A stretch of DNA of 64,000 bases from Lytechinus pictus (GCF_037042905.1 NC_087258.1:19654001-19718000), one strand, 5' to 3'; positions 38,861 through 51,455 are shown, counted from the first letter of the stretch. Numbers and translations are program-made. The notes: a model not told the origin generated them from the letters alone.

Positions 38861-39113
38861 ATGTCTGAATTGGAGGAGTACGGGGATCTGGTAGAATGTA
38901 TTTACAAATACATCATTCACGGATCATACCCACATGGTGCCTGGCCTAATTTGAAAAGGCATATAAGGCGGCAGGCGAAGAGGTACGAAATCAGCGACAG
39001 CGGAGAAGGCGAAGCCATCCATTATCGGCATAAGAAATTTTGATTGCTGCCCGTTATAAAAAGCAGGGAGGAGCAGCAGGCCATTCTCATGACCTTGCAC
39101 AATGTGTCTGGTT
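38861..39113 (+). pseudogene. GIN/Ginger/Gypsy-like integrase N-terminal (zinc-binding) region fragment
   Basis: IYKYIIHGSYP...NLKRHIRRQAKRY...IHYRHKKF*LLPVIKSREEQQAILMTLHN resembles the region leading into the H2C2 zinc motif; in-frame stop; donor GTAAGT follows. Confidence 0.55.
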
Positions 39114-40038
39114 GTAAGTGATTCATGTAATTTGCTCTAACAACGGGCCTTGGCTAAATAGTGCTAGACAGCTGGCGGCCGTCTGTTTTGAGGAGTTTTT
39201 TACCATTTTAAATTTGTCTTTATTTTCTCCTCACACATAGACGTTTCGCGATCGTGCAGCCGCCATTAGGGGGTTAACAATGCAAATCCCCCCCCTCCGG
39301 CTGAATGTTTGTGTAGTTTATCAAGTTTCATAATTGTCAAATCAATTTTTCACTCAGTAGGTTTGCTATTTTAGTTTAAATCAGTGCATAAAGATAAAGA
39401 ATAATCACACATAAGCTACTTCAAGTCCTATTATAATTATTTAATGACATCCTTTTCTTATTCTGTTCTGAGTATTTTTTGTGGGGACACATATTTTCTA
39501 TATTTATCTTTACTTTACAGATGAAACCTATCATGTGCAGAAGACGCAACCACCATCCGAAGCACTTAGACAAGCTGGAAACATCACGTACAAAACTTTT
39601 TTATACCATTACAACATGAATTTTCATACCGTTTATGTTAAAGGCAATAGTTGCTTTCAGCATTTTCTGTTTTTTAATCCGTTTCTTATTGTAAAGATGG
39701 GCTAACCTGTGACAGACAATTGTTTTACAGTCCACAGTACGTACTATGTAAAACCACAGTTATTACTGGATTTAGCATGATGGATATTTGAAGAAAAAAA
39801 ATTGGCATGATAATCCAAGTATTAAGAACAATGAGTCTCCCATACAAGACAACAACAAAGAAAAGAATAGTAAGTGCTCATCTTTAGAATACGTAGGATC
39901 GAGCAGCCGGCCGTTCAACTACTACTAGTGCAGTGCTATCCATACTTCCGTAAACATTCGCTGAATCGTTGTTGAGTGGGCATAATATCTCGAAATAGAT
40001 CTACATTGTTTGAAAGTTACGGTTAGTTTAACTCCGTT

Positions 40039-41458
40039 ATGGGTATGGACACAATGGAAGGGGAAGGTGTAAAACCCTACTCTTTTGAACCGAAATACAC
40101 GGCAGAAGAAATTCTAGAGAGGCGACGCCGACGGCAAAGACAAAATGACGGCAGTGGTAATGGCAGTGCACCACCATCCTCACCGGCTCCAGATCCAGAG
40201 GGTGATCGACTTGCCACTAACGACTGGTGTTTTTGTGATGAATGCACACCAATGGAAACTGTGTTGCAATCTCGATGTTGTGTGGAGCCTGCAAACTGTC
40301 GAAAACATTTGAATGAAAGCATACCATGCATTACAGCCCACGCGGACTTCGTGAAAGTTTGCCTTGAAAAGGCAGTCCTGCGAACAGCACTGGTTGCTCA
40401 ACTTGATATGAGATGTCAGGAACATAACGGCTGAGCTTGAAAATGAGTAGGTCTAACTGTTAACTTCTCAATCTTTTTTTCAACATGTATTCTAGGGTTT
40501 GTAGGCAAATGGCAATGTTTGGGTGGTGCCAGCTACTGAGCTAGATATAAAAACTTGTCAAATGGGGTAGAATCTACATGAATGTACATGTAGATCTAGA
40601 CTCTAAGAGATCTATTATTGATTGTGGATCAGATCATTGAATTCACATATTAGTAATGAATGATTTCTTCAGTGATTCAAATTGTTTTGGTCATATGTGA
40701 AGGTGACATGGCCGAGTGATCTAAGGCGCCGGACTAGCACATGAAGGTCTGGAGTTCGATCCCTGGCCACACTAATGCCCTCGAACAAAGCATTTATTCA
40801 ACTGTGTTCTTTTATCATACCTTATAATAGTTGGAAATGCTATCTGCATTGTTTGAAACAATGTGTGTGTATTTGTTTTTTTTTAGTTTGGGTTTTTTTT
40901 TTCCAAAGGAAAAGTGCAAGGAAATAAAAAGGAAAAGCAAGGAAATAAAGTATTGAAAAGTGCCAGGAACCACATTAACTGTGGAATTAATCAGTGTTTG
41001 TGTTGCGGTTAACGCAAAAATAGGAGGTAAATTGCATACAGTTGTAATTTTTAAATATAAATCAGTACATGTACACTATCAACCTACGATATTCCCATAC
41101 ATGATATGATTTTAGTTGCATTTTTTTTTCTTTGGTTGCAGCAAACAAAAATTTCTTCTGCCTTTGGCTTCAAGTATTAAGCTGTACATGTAGATGTAGG
41201 CTGACTTCTTATTTATTGAAATGTCTTTTTCTCTAACCACCCCCCCCCCCCATCTACAGGTCGTATAGGTATTGTGGTTACAGAATGTTCACCTATTGGA
41301 TTCATGGAGTTCTAGGGCGACGTGTGAGGAGAGTGATTCCAGCTTGCTCTGTCCAACTGATTAGAGACACTTTCCCTTCAGCTGATGGACGTTATGTTGA
41401 ATTTCGCTTTGTACAGGAAGGAGAAGTTGAAGTAGTGCCAGAAGAATATGAAATATAA
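40039..41458 (+). pseudogene. Stand-alone P2X7-ballast-like cysteine-rich gene, copy 1 (exons 40039-40446 and 41260-41458)
   Basis: PYSFEP...WCFCDECTPMET..SRCC...CITAH.DF..VCL, spliced to SYRYCGYRMFTYWIHGVLGRRVRRVIPACSVQLIRDTFPSADGRY; 8-bp deletion frameshift near 40410. Confidence 0.85.
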
Positions 41459-42646
41459 ACAGTATTGCATCTACATGTATGAACCAAAAAAACTTATTTA
41501 GAATTGTGTATCGTAGACTTAATAAAATCACATTCATCCTCCATCATATATTTTCCTTCCTATCTCTTATAGCTCCCACATGTCTTAAAACATCTATCCG
41601 CTGTCAATAAAGGAGAAATACAGGAAGTTGGTAGATTGTATGAATTCACTTGATTACACACACACACTAAATTAAATTAAGGATACCTTTTTACCCTTAA
41701 CATACTGGGTAGATTTGGTAATTGCTAAGGCTAGATGTTGTTTATTCATTTGATATTAAACCATATTCTGACTGGGCGAAACAAGAGGAGATTTTGATGG
41801 GGGGGGGGACCCCCTGATATCTTGGCCGAGGATGGTCTGATGACCATGAAATTTTGTACATACGTTGTTGCACATTAATGGGTTTAACTGTTTTTGGTCT
41901 TCAAAAAAATATGTGATGCTATTCTCAAGAAATAACTTGAATTTTGATATTGTATGTTTATGTGAAACTAGGACTGAAACATTTCTGAATCACTTGTTCA
42001 TGAAGGGTCTAAATATAATTATAAAGAAAAAAACATCATGAACAGAGAAGAGGAATTTCACTAGAGTGACTGGCCATTCACAACCACGCCACTTCAGATT
42101 TATGATGGACCGTGACACAGTAATTGGTCACTTCAAAGGATTGAAGGGCCAGGAATGGCAACCTCTCATGGGTGGATTCTTGAAGCGTACTCAACAAGGT
42201 AAAGCCGTATGTCCCACTGGGAAGCCAGCACTTCAGTAATTGGTCATTTCAAAGGATTGAAGGGCCAGGAATGGCAAGCTCTCATGGGTGGATTCTTTAA
42301 GCGTACTCAACAAGGAAAAACCGTATGTCCCACTGGGAAGCCAGTGGGACGTACTATGTAAAACCAGTTATTACTGGATTTTGCATGATGGATATTTGAG
42401 AAAAAAAAATTGGCATGATAATCCAAGTATTAATAACAATGGGTCTCCCATACAAGACAACAACAAAGAAAAGAATAGTAAGTGCTCATCTTTAGAATAC
42501 GTGGGATTGAGCAGCCGGCCGTTCAACTACTACTAGTGCAGTGCTATACATACTTCTGTAAACATTCGCTGAATCGTTGTTGAGTGGGCATAATATCTCG
42601 AAATAGATCTACATTGTTTAAAAGTTAAGGTCAGTTTAACTCAGTT

Positions 42647-44062
42647 ATGGGTATGGACACGATGGAAGGGGAAGGTGTAAAACCCTACTCTTTTGAACAG
42701 AAATACACGGCAGAAGAAATTCTAGAGAGGCGACGCCGACGGCAAAATGACGGCAGTGGTAATGGCAGTGCACCACCATCCCCACCAGCTCCAGATCCAG
42801 AGGGTGATCGACTTGCCAATAACGACTGGTGTTTTTGTGATGAATGCACACCAATGGAAACTGTGTTGCAATCTCGATGTTGTGTGGAGCCTGTAAACTG
42901 TCGAAAACATTTGAAAGCATACCATGCATTACAGCCCACCCGGACTTCGTGAAAGTTTGCCTTGAAAAGGCGGTCCTGCGAACAGCACCGGTTGCTCGTC
43001 TTGATACGAGAGGGCTTGATGTCAGGAACATACCGGCTGAGCTTGAAAATGAGTAGGTCTAACTGTTAACTTCTCAATCTTTTTTTCAACATGTATTCTA
43101 GGGTTTGTAGGCAAATGGCAATGTTTGGGTGATGCCAGCTACTGAGCTAGATATAAAAACTTGTCAAATGGGGTAGAGTCTACATGAATGTACATGTAGA
43201 TCTAGACTCTAAGAGATCTATTATTGATTGTGGATCAGATCATTGAATTCACATATTAGTAATGAATGATTTCTTCAGTGATTCAAATTGTTTTGGTCAT
43301 ATGTGGAGGTGACATGGCCGAGTGATCTAAGGCGCCGGACTAGCACATGAAGGTCTGGAGTTCGATCCCCGGCCACACTAATGCCCTCGAACAAAGCATT
43401 TATTTAACTGTGTTCTTTTATCATACCTTATAATAGTTGGAAATGCTATCTGCATTGTTTGAAACAATGTGTGTGTATTTGTTTTTTTTTTGTTTGGGTT
43501 TTTTTTTCCAAAGGAAAAGTGCAAGGAAATAAAAAGGAAAAGCAAGGAAATAAAGTATTGAAAAGTGCCAGGAACCACATTAACTGTGGAATTAATCAGT
43601 GTTTGTGTTGCGGTTAACGCAAAAATAGGAGGTAAATTGCATACAATTGTAATTTTTTAATATAAATCAGTACATGTACACTATCAACCTAGGATATTCC
43701 CATACATGATATGATTTTAGTTGCATTTTTTTTCTTTGGTTGCAGCAAATAAAAATTTATTCTGCCTTTGGCTTCAAGTATTAAGCTGTACATGTAGATG
43801 TAGGCTGACTTCTTATTTATTGAAATGTCTTTTTCTCTTACCACCCCCCCCCCCCCATCTACAGGTTGTATAGGTATTGTGGTTACAGAATGTTCACCTA
43901 TTGGCCTCATGGAGTTCTAGGGCGACATGTGAGGAGAGTGATTCAGCTTGCTCTGTCCAACTGATTAGAGACACTTTCCCTGCAGCTGATGGACGTTATG
44001 TTGAATTTCGCTTTGTACAGGAAGGAGAAGTTGAAGTAGGGCCAGAAGAATATGAAATATAA
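42647..44062 (+). pseudogene. Stand-alone P2X7-ballast-like gene, copy 2 (exons 42647-43052 and 43865-44062)
   Basis: Tandem duplicate of copy 1 with different frameshifts (4-bp deletion near 42914, 1-bp deletion near 43945). Confidence 0.85.
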
Positions 44063-44514
44063 ACAGTATTGCATCTACATGTATGAACCAAAAAACTTAT
44101 TTAGAATTGTGTATCTTAGACTTAACAAAATCACATTCATCCTCCATCATATATTTTCCTTCCTATCTCTTATAGCTCCCACATGTCTTAAAACATCTAT
44201 CCGCTGTCATCACTGTCAATAAAGGAGAAATACAGTAAGTTGGTAATGAGATTGTATGAATTCACTAGATTACACACACACACACGTAAATTTGTTGATG
44301 TAACTTTAATAATTAAGGATACCTTTTAACCCTTAACATACTGGGTAGATTGGGTAATTGCTAAGGCTAGATGTTCATTCATTTGATACTTAACCCTATT
44401 CTGACTGGGCTATACAAGAGATTTTGACGGGGGGGGGGCAATTCCCCCCCCCCCCCCCGATATCTTGGCCGAGGATGGTCTGATGACCATGAAATGTAAA
44501 CTTGTTTCTCTCAT

Positions 44515-44832
44515 ATCGCATAGTAACCGGTGACAACAAGACGACAAGGAAGTTTCGACAGGAAGGGATCAATGCGCTCTGGGATACTTACCCTGGACCA
44601 GAGAAGGGAAGACCACGAATCCTGCAGGAGAATCGCCAAGACATTGAGTGGAAATGGCTCAACGAACGACACTTTTGTGTGAAGATTCCAGCCTGCAACT
44701 ATCAATCGAACTGTGTTGTCTGCTCGACTTCGAGGTCAAGGAAGCAGACCTCTCGTCAATGTCGCGAATGTCAGCTACCAATGTGCGAGGACTGCTTTAT
44801 CCGCTTTCATACTGTGAAGATTTATGAATTCA
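44515..44832 (+). pseudogene. piggyBac transposase C-terminal cysteine-rich domain fragment
   Basis: FRQEGINAL...LNERHF...CVVC...RKQTSRQCRECQLPMCEDCFIRFHT. Confidence 0.85.
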
Positions 44833-45239
44833 CTAGATTACACACACACACACGTAATTTTGTTGATGAAACTAAATTAAGGATACCTATAAACCCTTAA
44901 CCTACTAGGAAGATTTGGTAATTGCTAAGGCTAGATGTTGTTCATTCATTCGATATTTCACCCTATTCTGGCTGGGCGAATCAAGAGGAGATACTGATGG
45001 GGGGGGGGGGGACCCCCCCCTGATCTGATGACCATGAAATTCTATACATACTTCGCTGTACATGTACATTAATGAATTCAACTGTTTTTGGTCTTCAAAA
45101 AAAAATTATCTGATGCTATTCTCAAGAAATAACTTTAATTTTGACATTGTATGTTTATGTGAAACTAGGACTGAGACATTTCTGAATCACTTGTTCATGA
45201 AGGGTCTAAATATATTTATAAAGAAAAAAACATGAACAG

Positions 45240-45590
45240 AGAAGAGGAATCTCACTCGAGTGACTGGCCATTCACAACCACGCCACTTCAGATTTATGAT
45301 GGACCGTGACACAGTAATTGGTCACTTCGAAGGATTGAAAGTCCAGGATGGCAACCTCTCATGGGTGGATTCTTGAAGCGTACTCAACAAGGTAAAACCG
45401 TATGTCCCACTGGGAAACCAGCACTTCTTGAGCCCAATTTCACCAACATCCCACTGGAGAGACTGCTCTTGAAAGACCAAAGACTGGACTCTTCTTTTCT
45501 CTAGCGATGAAGAGTATGAGTGGTGGCAATCGTATCTGTCAAGCCTTGTTCAAGTTAATAGGGACAATGCCAGGAAAAGGAAGAGGTATA
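45240..45590 (+). pseudogene. Putative DNA-transposase C-terminal fragment (Sola/DUF7869-like, recalled motif)
   Basis: VTGHSQPRHFRFMMD..VIGHF...WQPL...PTGKPALLEPNF...EYEWWQSYL across frameshifts; partial duplicate at 42045-42345. Confidence 0.4.
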
Positions 45591-46101
45591 TGGCACAAAA
45601 TTAAATTTGGGCCATTCCTCATCCACCAACATATTCTCCACAAGACCTAGGCCGAGATGAGGAACCATCAGGACCAGCAATTGCCCCAGAAATTGCACAC
45701 AAACTGGCTTTGGAAATGGAAATCCCAAGTCACAAACTTATGGACCAAAATTCAGAATAACGGATCTTTCATAAAGCTGTTCGTAAGTCACAAGTGACAT
45801 TACAAACAACCTGTGATCCTTTCTTAGGAATTACGTCAATACCTATGAAAATCTGGTCATTCGTAAAGTCAACGGTAACCTAAAGAACAGCTTTATGAAA
45901 TAGCCACCTGGTATCTGTTATCTTTCTATTAGAGCTACTCTTTATGCCAACACAAGCGGATAAGGACAGACTGAAAAGGGACACTGCCAGCTACATGTAT
46001 ATTAAACAAAGAGCACTTTTGATGAATAAAAGGTGAGCTAGCTGTCTTTTAATTAATATTAGTCTAAAATTCAATTACAACGAAAAGGAACGTAACATTA
46101 C

Positions 46102-47050
46102 ACAAGTGGAATGCCTCTGGCCGTCTCACCTGCATCACGCGATTCAATATAGCAGCAGTGCTGATTTTGAAAATTACTATAACTCGCACAAGATGTTCAG
46201 TGATACTTGGTTACTCTTATTTCCACGTTTTATGAACTAGACCAATACACTTATAGAGATATGATGGCAATTCAACAAATACCCCCAACGTGGCCAAAGT
46301 TCTTTGACCTTACATGACCTTTGACCTTGATCATGTGACCTGAAACTCGCACAGGATGTTCAGTGATACTTGATTACTATTATGTCCAAGTTTTATGAAC
46401 TAGACCAACACACTTTCAAATTTATGGCTGTAATTCAACAAATACCCCAATTTGGCCAAAGTTCATTGACCCTAAATGACCTTTGACCTTGATCATGTGA
46501 CCTGAAACTTGCACAGGATGTTCAGTAATACTTGATTACTATTATGTCCAAGTTTCATGAATCAGATCCATAAACTTTCAAAGTTATGATGGTAATTCAA
46601 CAGATACCCCCAATTCGGCCAAAGTTCATTGACCCTAAATGACCTTTGACCTTGGTCATGTGACGTGAAACTCATGCAGGATGTTCAGTGATACTTGATT
46701 AACCTTATGTATAAGTTTCATGAACTAGGTCCATATATTTTCTAAGTTATGATGACATTTCAAAAACTTAACCTTAGGTTAAGATTTTGATGTTGATTCC
46801 CCCAACATGGTCTAAGTTCATTGACCCTAAATGACCTTTGACCTTGGTCATGTGACATGAAACTCAGGCAGGATGTTCAGTAATACTTGATTAACCTTAT
46901 GGCCAAGTTTCATGAACTAGGTCCATATACTTTCTAAGTTATGCTGTCATTTCAAAAACTTAACCTCAGGTTAAGATTTGGTGTTGACGCCGCCGCCGCC
47001 GCCGTCGGAAAAGCGGCGCCTATAGTCTCACTCTGCTATGCAGGTGAGAC
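46102..47050 (-). mobile_element. Non-autonomous Helentron/DINE-like element, second copy
   Basis: Same ends and subterminal inverted repeats as 7018-8353, with fewer internal units. Confidence 0.65.
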
Positions 47051-47289
47051 AAAAACAGAATGTTCCCGCGAAATTAGTTTAGATGAAAGGGTATGTGGTT
47101 AAAAAAGGTTCTTTGTTGGTATTTCTGAAATTCTTACATTTTTAATTTTGTGGTGAAATAAGCAAATAGATTGTGCATGTATGTTCTTAAACTAGTTGTT
47201 TCATTATTGATATAAAATTCAGGTGCCCGAATTTAGGACTATATATTTTTTTCCTCCTGTCCCCCTTCTCTCGTATACTGGAGAACTCC

Positions 47290-47690
47290 AGTGTGCCTAG
47301 TGACGTCACTCCCTGCCATCACGTCGTTACCTCTGCCACCACAGATGGACCAGCCACAATCGCCCGGCCAGAACCCCACAGGCAGCGTCCCGCCTTTCAT
47401 TCCACCTCCCAACGAAGAAGAAAAGCTGCAGGCGTCCCCGTCTCCTCAGGCTAGTGTTTCTGAGGGCTGCGACCAGTCGTATCTACGTGACATATCACAG
47501 AGCCAGAGGATATCCTGCAGACACCCCCATCCCCACCCTCAGATGATGTTACAAGCTACATGACCAATACGGCAGGACAATGGTGGTACTACACGGAAGT
47601 TACACCAACTGCTTCGAAGACGTTCTCGCCGGCCAAGGGCAAGAGAAGACCACGCAGGCAGCCAGCCTGGTCAAGAGACTACCTGCAGTA
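47290..47690 (+). pseudogene. Probable Gypsy-type pol C-terminal tail
   Basis: Pro/Ser-rich coding-like sequence ending KGKRRPRRQPAWSRDYLQ*, matching the R-x-R-R-x-P-x-W-x-x-D-Y terminus of many LTR-retrotransposon pol proteins. Confidence 0.5.
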
Positions 47691-48834
47691 GGGAGTCGTC
47701 GTGCATTGTTGATGGGTTCAGTTCAATCATTAATTTGTAAAAAGTGTAATTAAGTATGTTATATTTATGTCAATAATTCAATGTTATTGATTATTTTTTC
47801 ATTATAAAATTGTACATGCAACCCTTAAATATTGTCTGCTTCTCTTTGCATTATGTTCGTGTAAATATTAAGTGCAAGTGAAGGTTTGTGTGCATGGCCA
47901 AAATCTGTTTTTTTTACAGCAAAAAAACACCATCCGAAGCACCTAAGGCAAGCTGGAAACATCACGTAAGAAAGTTTTTTATACCATTACAATATTAAGT
48001 TAATTTTTATACAGTTTATGTTAAAGGCAATATTTGCTTTCAGAATTTGCTGTTTTTTTATCCATTTTTTATTTTACTACCTATGACAGACAATTGGTTA
48101 ACAGTCCACAGTACATGTACGTACATGTACTATGTAAGCCACAGTTATTACTGGATTTTGCATGATGGATATTTGAAGAAAAAACATTGGCATGATACTC
48201 CAAGTATTAATAACAATGAGTCTCCCATACAAGACAACAAATAAAAGAATATTTAAGTGCTCATCTTTAGCAAAGTATTATTGATAGGTGGACAATATTA
48301 GGCTAGATTTAATGTGAATGTAATTAAAATCACATTCATCCTCATAATAATCCTCCATCATATATTTTCCTTCCTATCTCTTATAGCTCCCACATGTCTT
48401 AATACATCTATCCGTTGTCAATAAAGGAGAAATACAGTAAGTTGGTAATGAGATTGTATGAATTCACTAGATTACACACACACACAATTTTGTTTGAACT
48501 AAGTTAAGGATACCTTTTAACCCTTAACATACTGGGTAGATTTAGTAAGTGCTATTAAAGGCTAGATGTTATTCATTCATTTGATATTTAACCCTATTCT
48601 GACTGGGCTAGACAAGAGATTTTGACGGAAGGGGGGGGGGGGGGGCATTTTGACCCCCCCCCCGATATCTTGGCCGAGGATGGTCTAATGACCATGAAAT
48701 TTTGTACATATTTCACTGCACATGTAAAGGGTATTGTTGATATGGTTTTCCCCAAAAAAATATGATATATTTAATTTTTGCTAATTTCTGCATACACATG
48801 TACTGCATGAAAATTAGATTCTAGTTATTATTTA

Positions 48835-49545
48835 TTAACTCTTTCAACACGTACTTCGCACCGATGCACGATCGGTGCCGCGCGAACTTCGAATTTCACG
48901 CTCAAACATTCAGTCCATTGTATTTGTGCGATTGTGTTGATTTCCCCGGAGGTGGCAGTTTTCGTTCAGCTTTTATTATCCACAAGGCTTTCGTATGGGG
49001 TCGTTTTCACTATAGATTTACATTGCAAATTTTGGAGAAATACACATATTTTCCAGCTCTTTTAGTATTGCCATCATGGCTCCGAGGAGGTTATTTTCCG
49101 TAGATGAAGCTCGCAAACTTATACTGGCCGGCTCTTCGGAGTCACCTGCTTTTGTCATGGATTCGGAGTCGGAGCATGATGAGCCCATGTCATCTCAACG
49201 CAGTCCCACCCATAGTAATACAGGTGGTGAGTTGGATATCGATGAAGATGAACAGTTTACTCAAGATTCGGACAGTGAGATTTAGGATGATGATGAACAA
49301 GAACAGAATGATAGGGATGATCGTGATGAGACTAATTGGATTGAGATTGGTGAGGGGGAGGAATGGTCTCCTTCATGGAATGAAGACTGCAAGTACTTGG
49401 AAGAAGCAAAACTTCTATTCGATATTAGAGAGAACATGGACCCTCTTCATTATTTCTACCAGTACTTTCCGGAACACTTATTCACTGTGATGACTGAGGA
49501 GACAAATATCTATGCAGAACAGTGTATTCAACGTCCCCTGTTTTG
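48835..49545 (+). mobile_element. piggyBac left end plus N-terminal transposase fragment
   Basis: TTAA-CTCTTT terminus; from 49076 MAPRRLFSVDEARKLI, an acidic tract with an internal stop, then DPLHYFYQYFPEHLFTVMTEETNIYAEQ. Confidence 0.8.
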
Positions 49546-50062
49546 TGGCAAGAGCATGTTCTAGAAGAGAGTACCGGTGGAAGACGAGGGTGACCTTGCA
49601 TGATCTGTCAGATTCAAACCATCTTTACAAGTCTCATCAAAATCAAAGCCTGGATGGAATGATCAGTTATCCTGTCACACAAAATTTGCCTTAATGCTAT
49701 ACTGCAGCTCGACATATAATAAACTTTTTCATAAAAAAGAAATCTTGTCAAGGGTCAGAACAAAACAAAAGAATGGATTGCACCAGTTTGTTGTTTTAAT
49801 CATCAAGATGATGATTTTATGTTGAATGAGCCAAGTGTTGGCCTTTTGGCCATGGTTGACAAATGGTATATTTTTTTCCTTTTATTAATGAGTTGGTCCT
49901 TACTATCCCATGGCGTTGCATGGACTAAACTAATCATTCGAAGGTGTTGAATTATTGTTTTAGTGGCCCAAACAAGGAGTAGTGTGTGCGCAACGCTTTG
50001 TAACCAATAGGAAAATGCACTATATCAAATGTCCATTGTATTGGATTGAATAGGAAAGAACA

Positions 50063-50693
50063 TTAAAAGCCAAGTCCACCCCAGAAAATTGTTGATTTGA
50101 ATCGATATAGAAAAATAAAACAAACATAACGCTGCAAATTTCATCAAAATCGGATGTAAAATACGAAAGTTATGACGTTTTTAAGTTTCGCTTATTTTTC
50201 ACAAAACAGTTAAACGCACAACTCGGCGATATGCAAATGAGAGAGTCGATGATGTCCATCACTCACTATTTCTTTTGTTTTTTATTGTTTGAATTATACA
50301 ATATTTCAATTTTTACATATTTGACAATAAGGACCAACTTGACTTAACCATAAACTGTTAAAATAATGGTAATTCCACATGTTCAGGGAGTAATTACAAT
50401 TTTGTTTCACAAGACAATGGGGAGAAAATTAGAATTTTTCATATTTCATATAATAAAATACAAAAGAAATAGTGAGTGGGTGACGTCAAGACATCAGTCT
50501 GCCAATTTGCATACCGTCCAGGATGTGTACAGTATATACATGTAACTGTTTTTGTGAAATTAAGCAAAATTTTAAAATGACATAACTTTCTTATTTTACA
50601 TCCGATTTTGATGAAATTTTCAGTGTTTTGCTTGTTGGATTTTTCTCCTTTTATTAAAATTAACTTTTTGGTGGGGGTGGACTTGTCCTTTAA
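50063..50693. mobile_element. TTAA-flanked non-autonomous DNA element (Kolobok-like ends)
   Basis: TTAA-AAGCCAAGTCCACCCC ... GGGGTGGACTTGTCCT-TTAA with long internal inverted segments. Confidence 0.7.
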
Positions 50694-51455
50694 AATTGGT
50701 AGGTGTACACCTAGATATACAACAAAAAGCATTTCAGTAATTCCAAATACGAACTGAACATACATGTGCAATTGGTGTTTGATTGAATAGCACTAACACT
50801 TATTTTCTATGCTTTTAAAACAAAAAAGATAAGTAGAAATAATTCTGCAAACATACACACAGATATCTGGCATCTCATATAATAGTCAACAAGTTCACAG
50901 TACTGCTTCATTTAGTATCACAACCATCAAATACACCATCCCATGAATTAAGTATTGTAAAAAAAAAAAATTACTGGCAAGACATTATTTTTATTGCCTT
51001 TAACAATACACATTTTAACCGTATCAGTTCGCATTTTAACCGTATCAGACATCTGAGCAACTTTGATACATTGTTGCCTGCTTTAGACTGTGATCGTGGT
51101 CGGTCAAGTTTCCACTTGTTTAACCACGGACAAATTTATTGCCCGCTCAGGAAAGTCTATGAAAAAATGTGTGGAAATGTAGCGGGCAATAAGGCAGAGA
51201 GCTAACATCCACGTATTCTACACGTTTTTGTACGAGTCCTTGAGTCGCGCAGTATGATACGTCACAATGCTAATCAAGTTGAGACAACGCTGGATACTGC
51301 GTCCCCAGGATGGGGACGCGTCATTTCAATTACATCACAACGGTAAAGTTCAGAGGCCCAGTCTGCTCAACATGAAAAAAAAATAGATTCCCATTATCAA
51401 ACTCTAAAATATCTTAATTTTAACGATTTTTGCTCTAGATGTCTGATTTGGTTAA

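Noticed and set aside
40039-44062. P2X7 receptor gene
   Set aside because: Only the cytoplasmic ballast-like domain is present, with no transmembrane or ectodomain exons, and both copies are frameshifted.
26000-50000. One giant intact composite transposon or endogenous virus (Teratorn, Polinton or KolobokP-like)
   Set aside because: I found no matching terminal repeats or TSD around the block and no viral core genes. The parts come from unrelated superfamilies and are all broken. This cannot be fully excluded without a genome-wide copy search.
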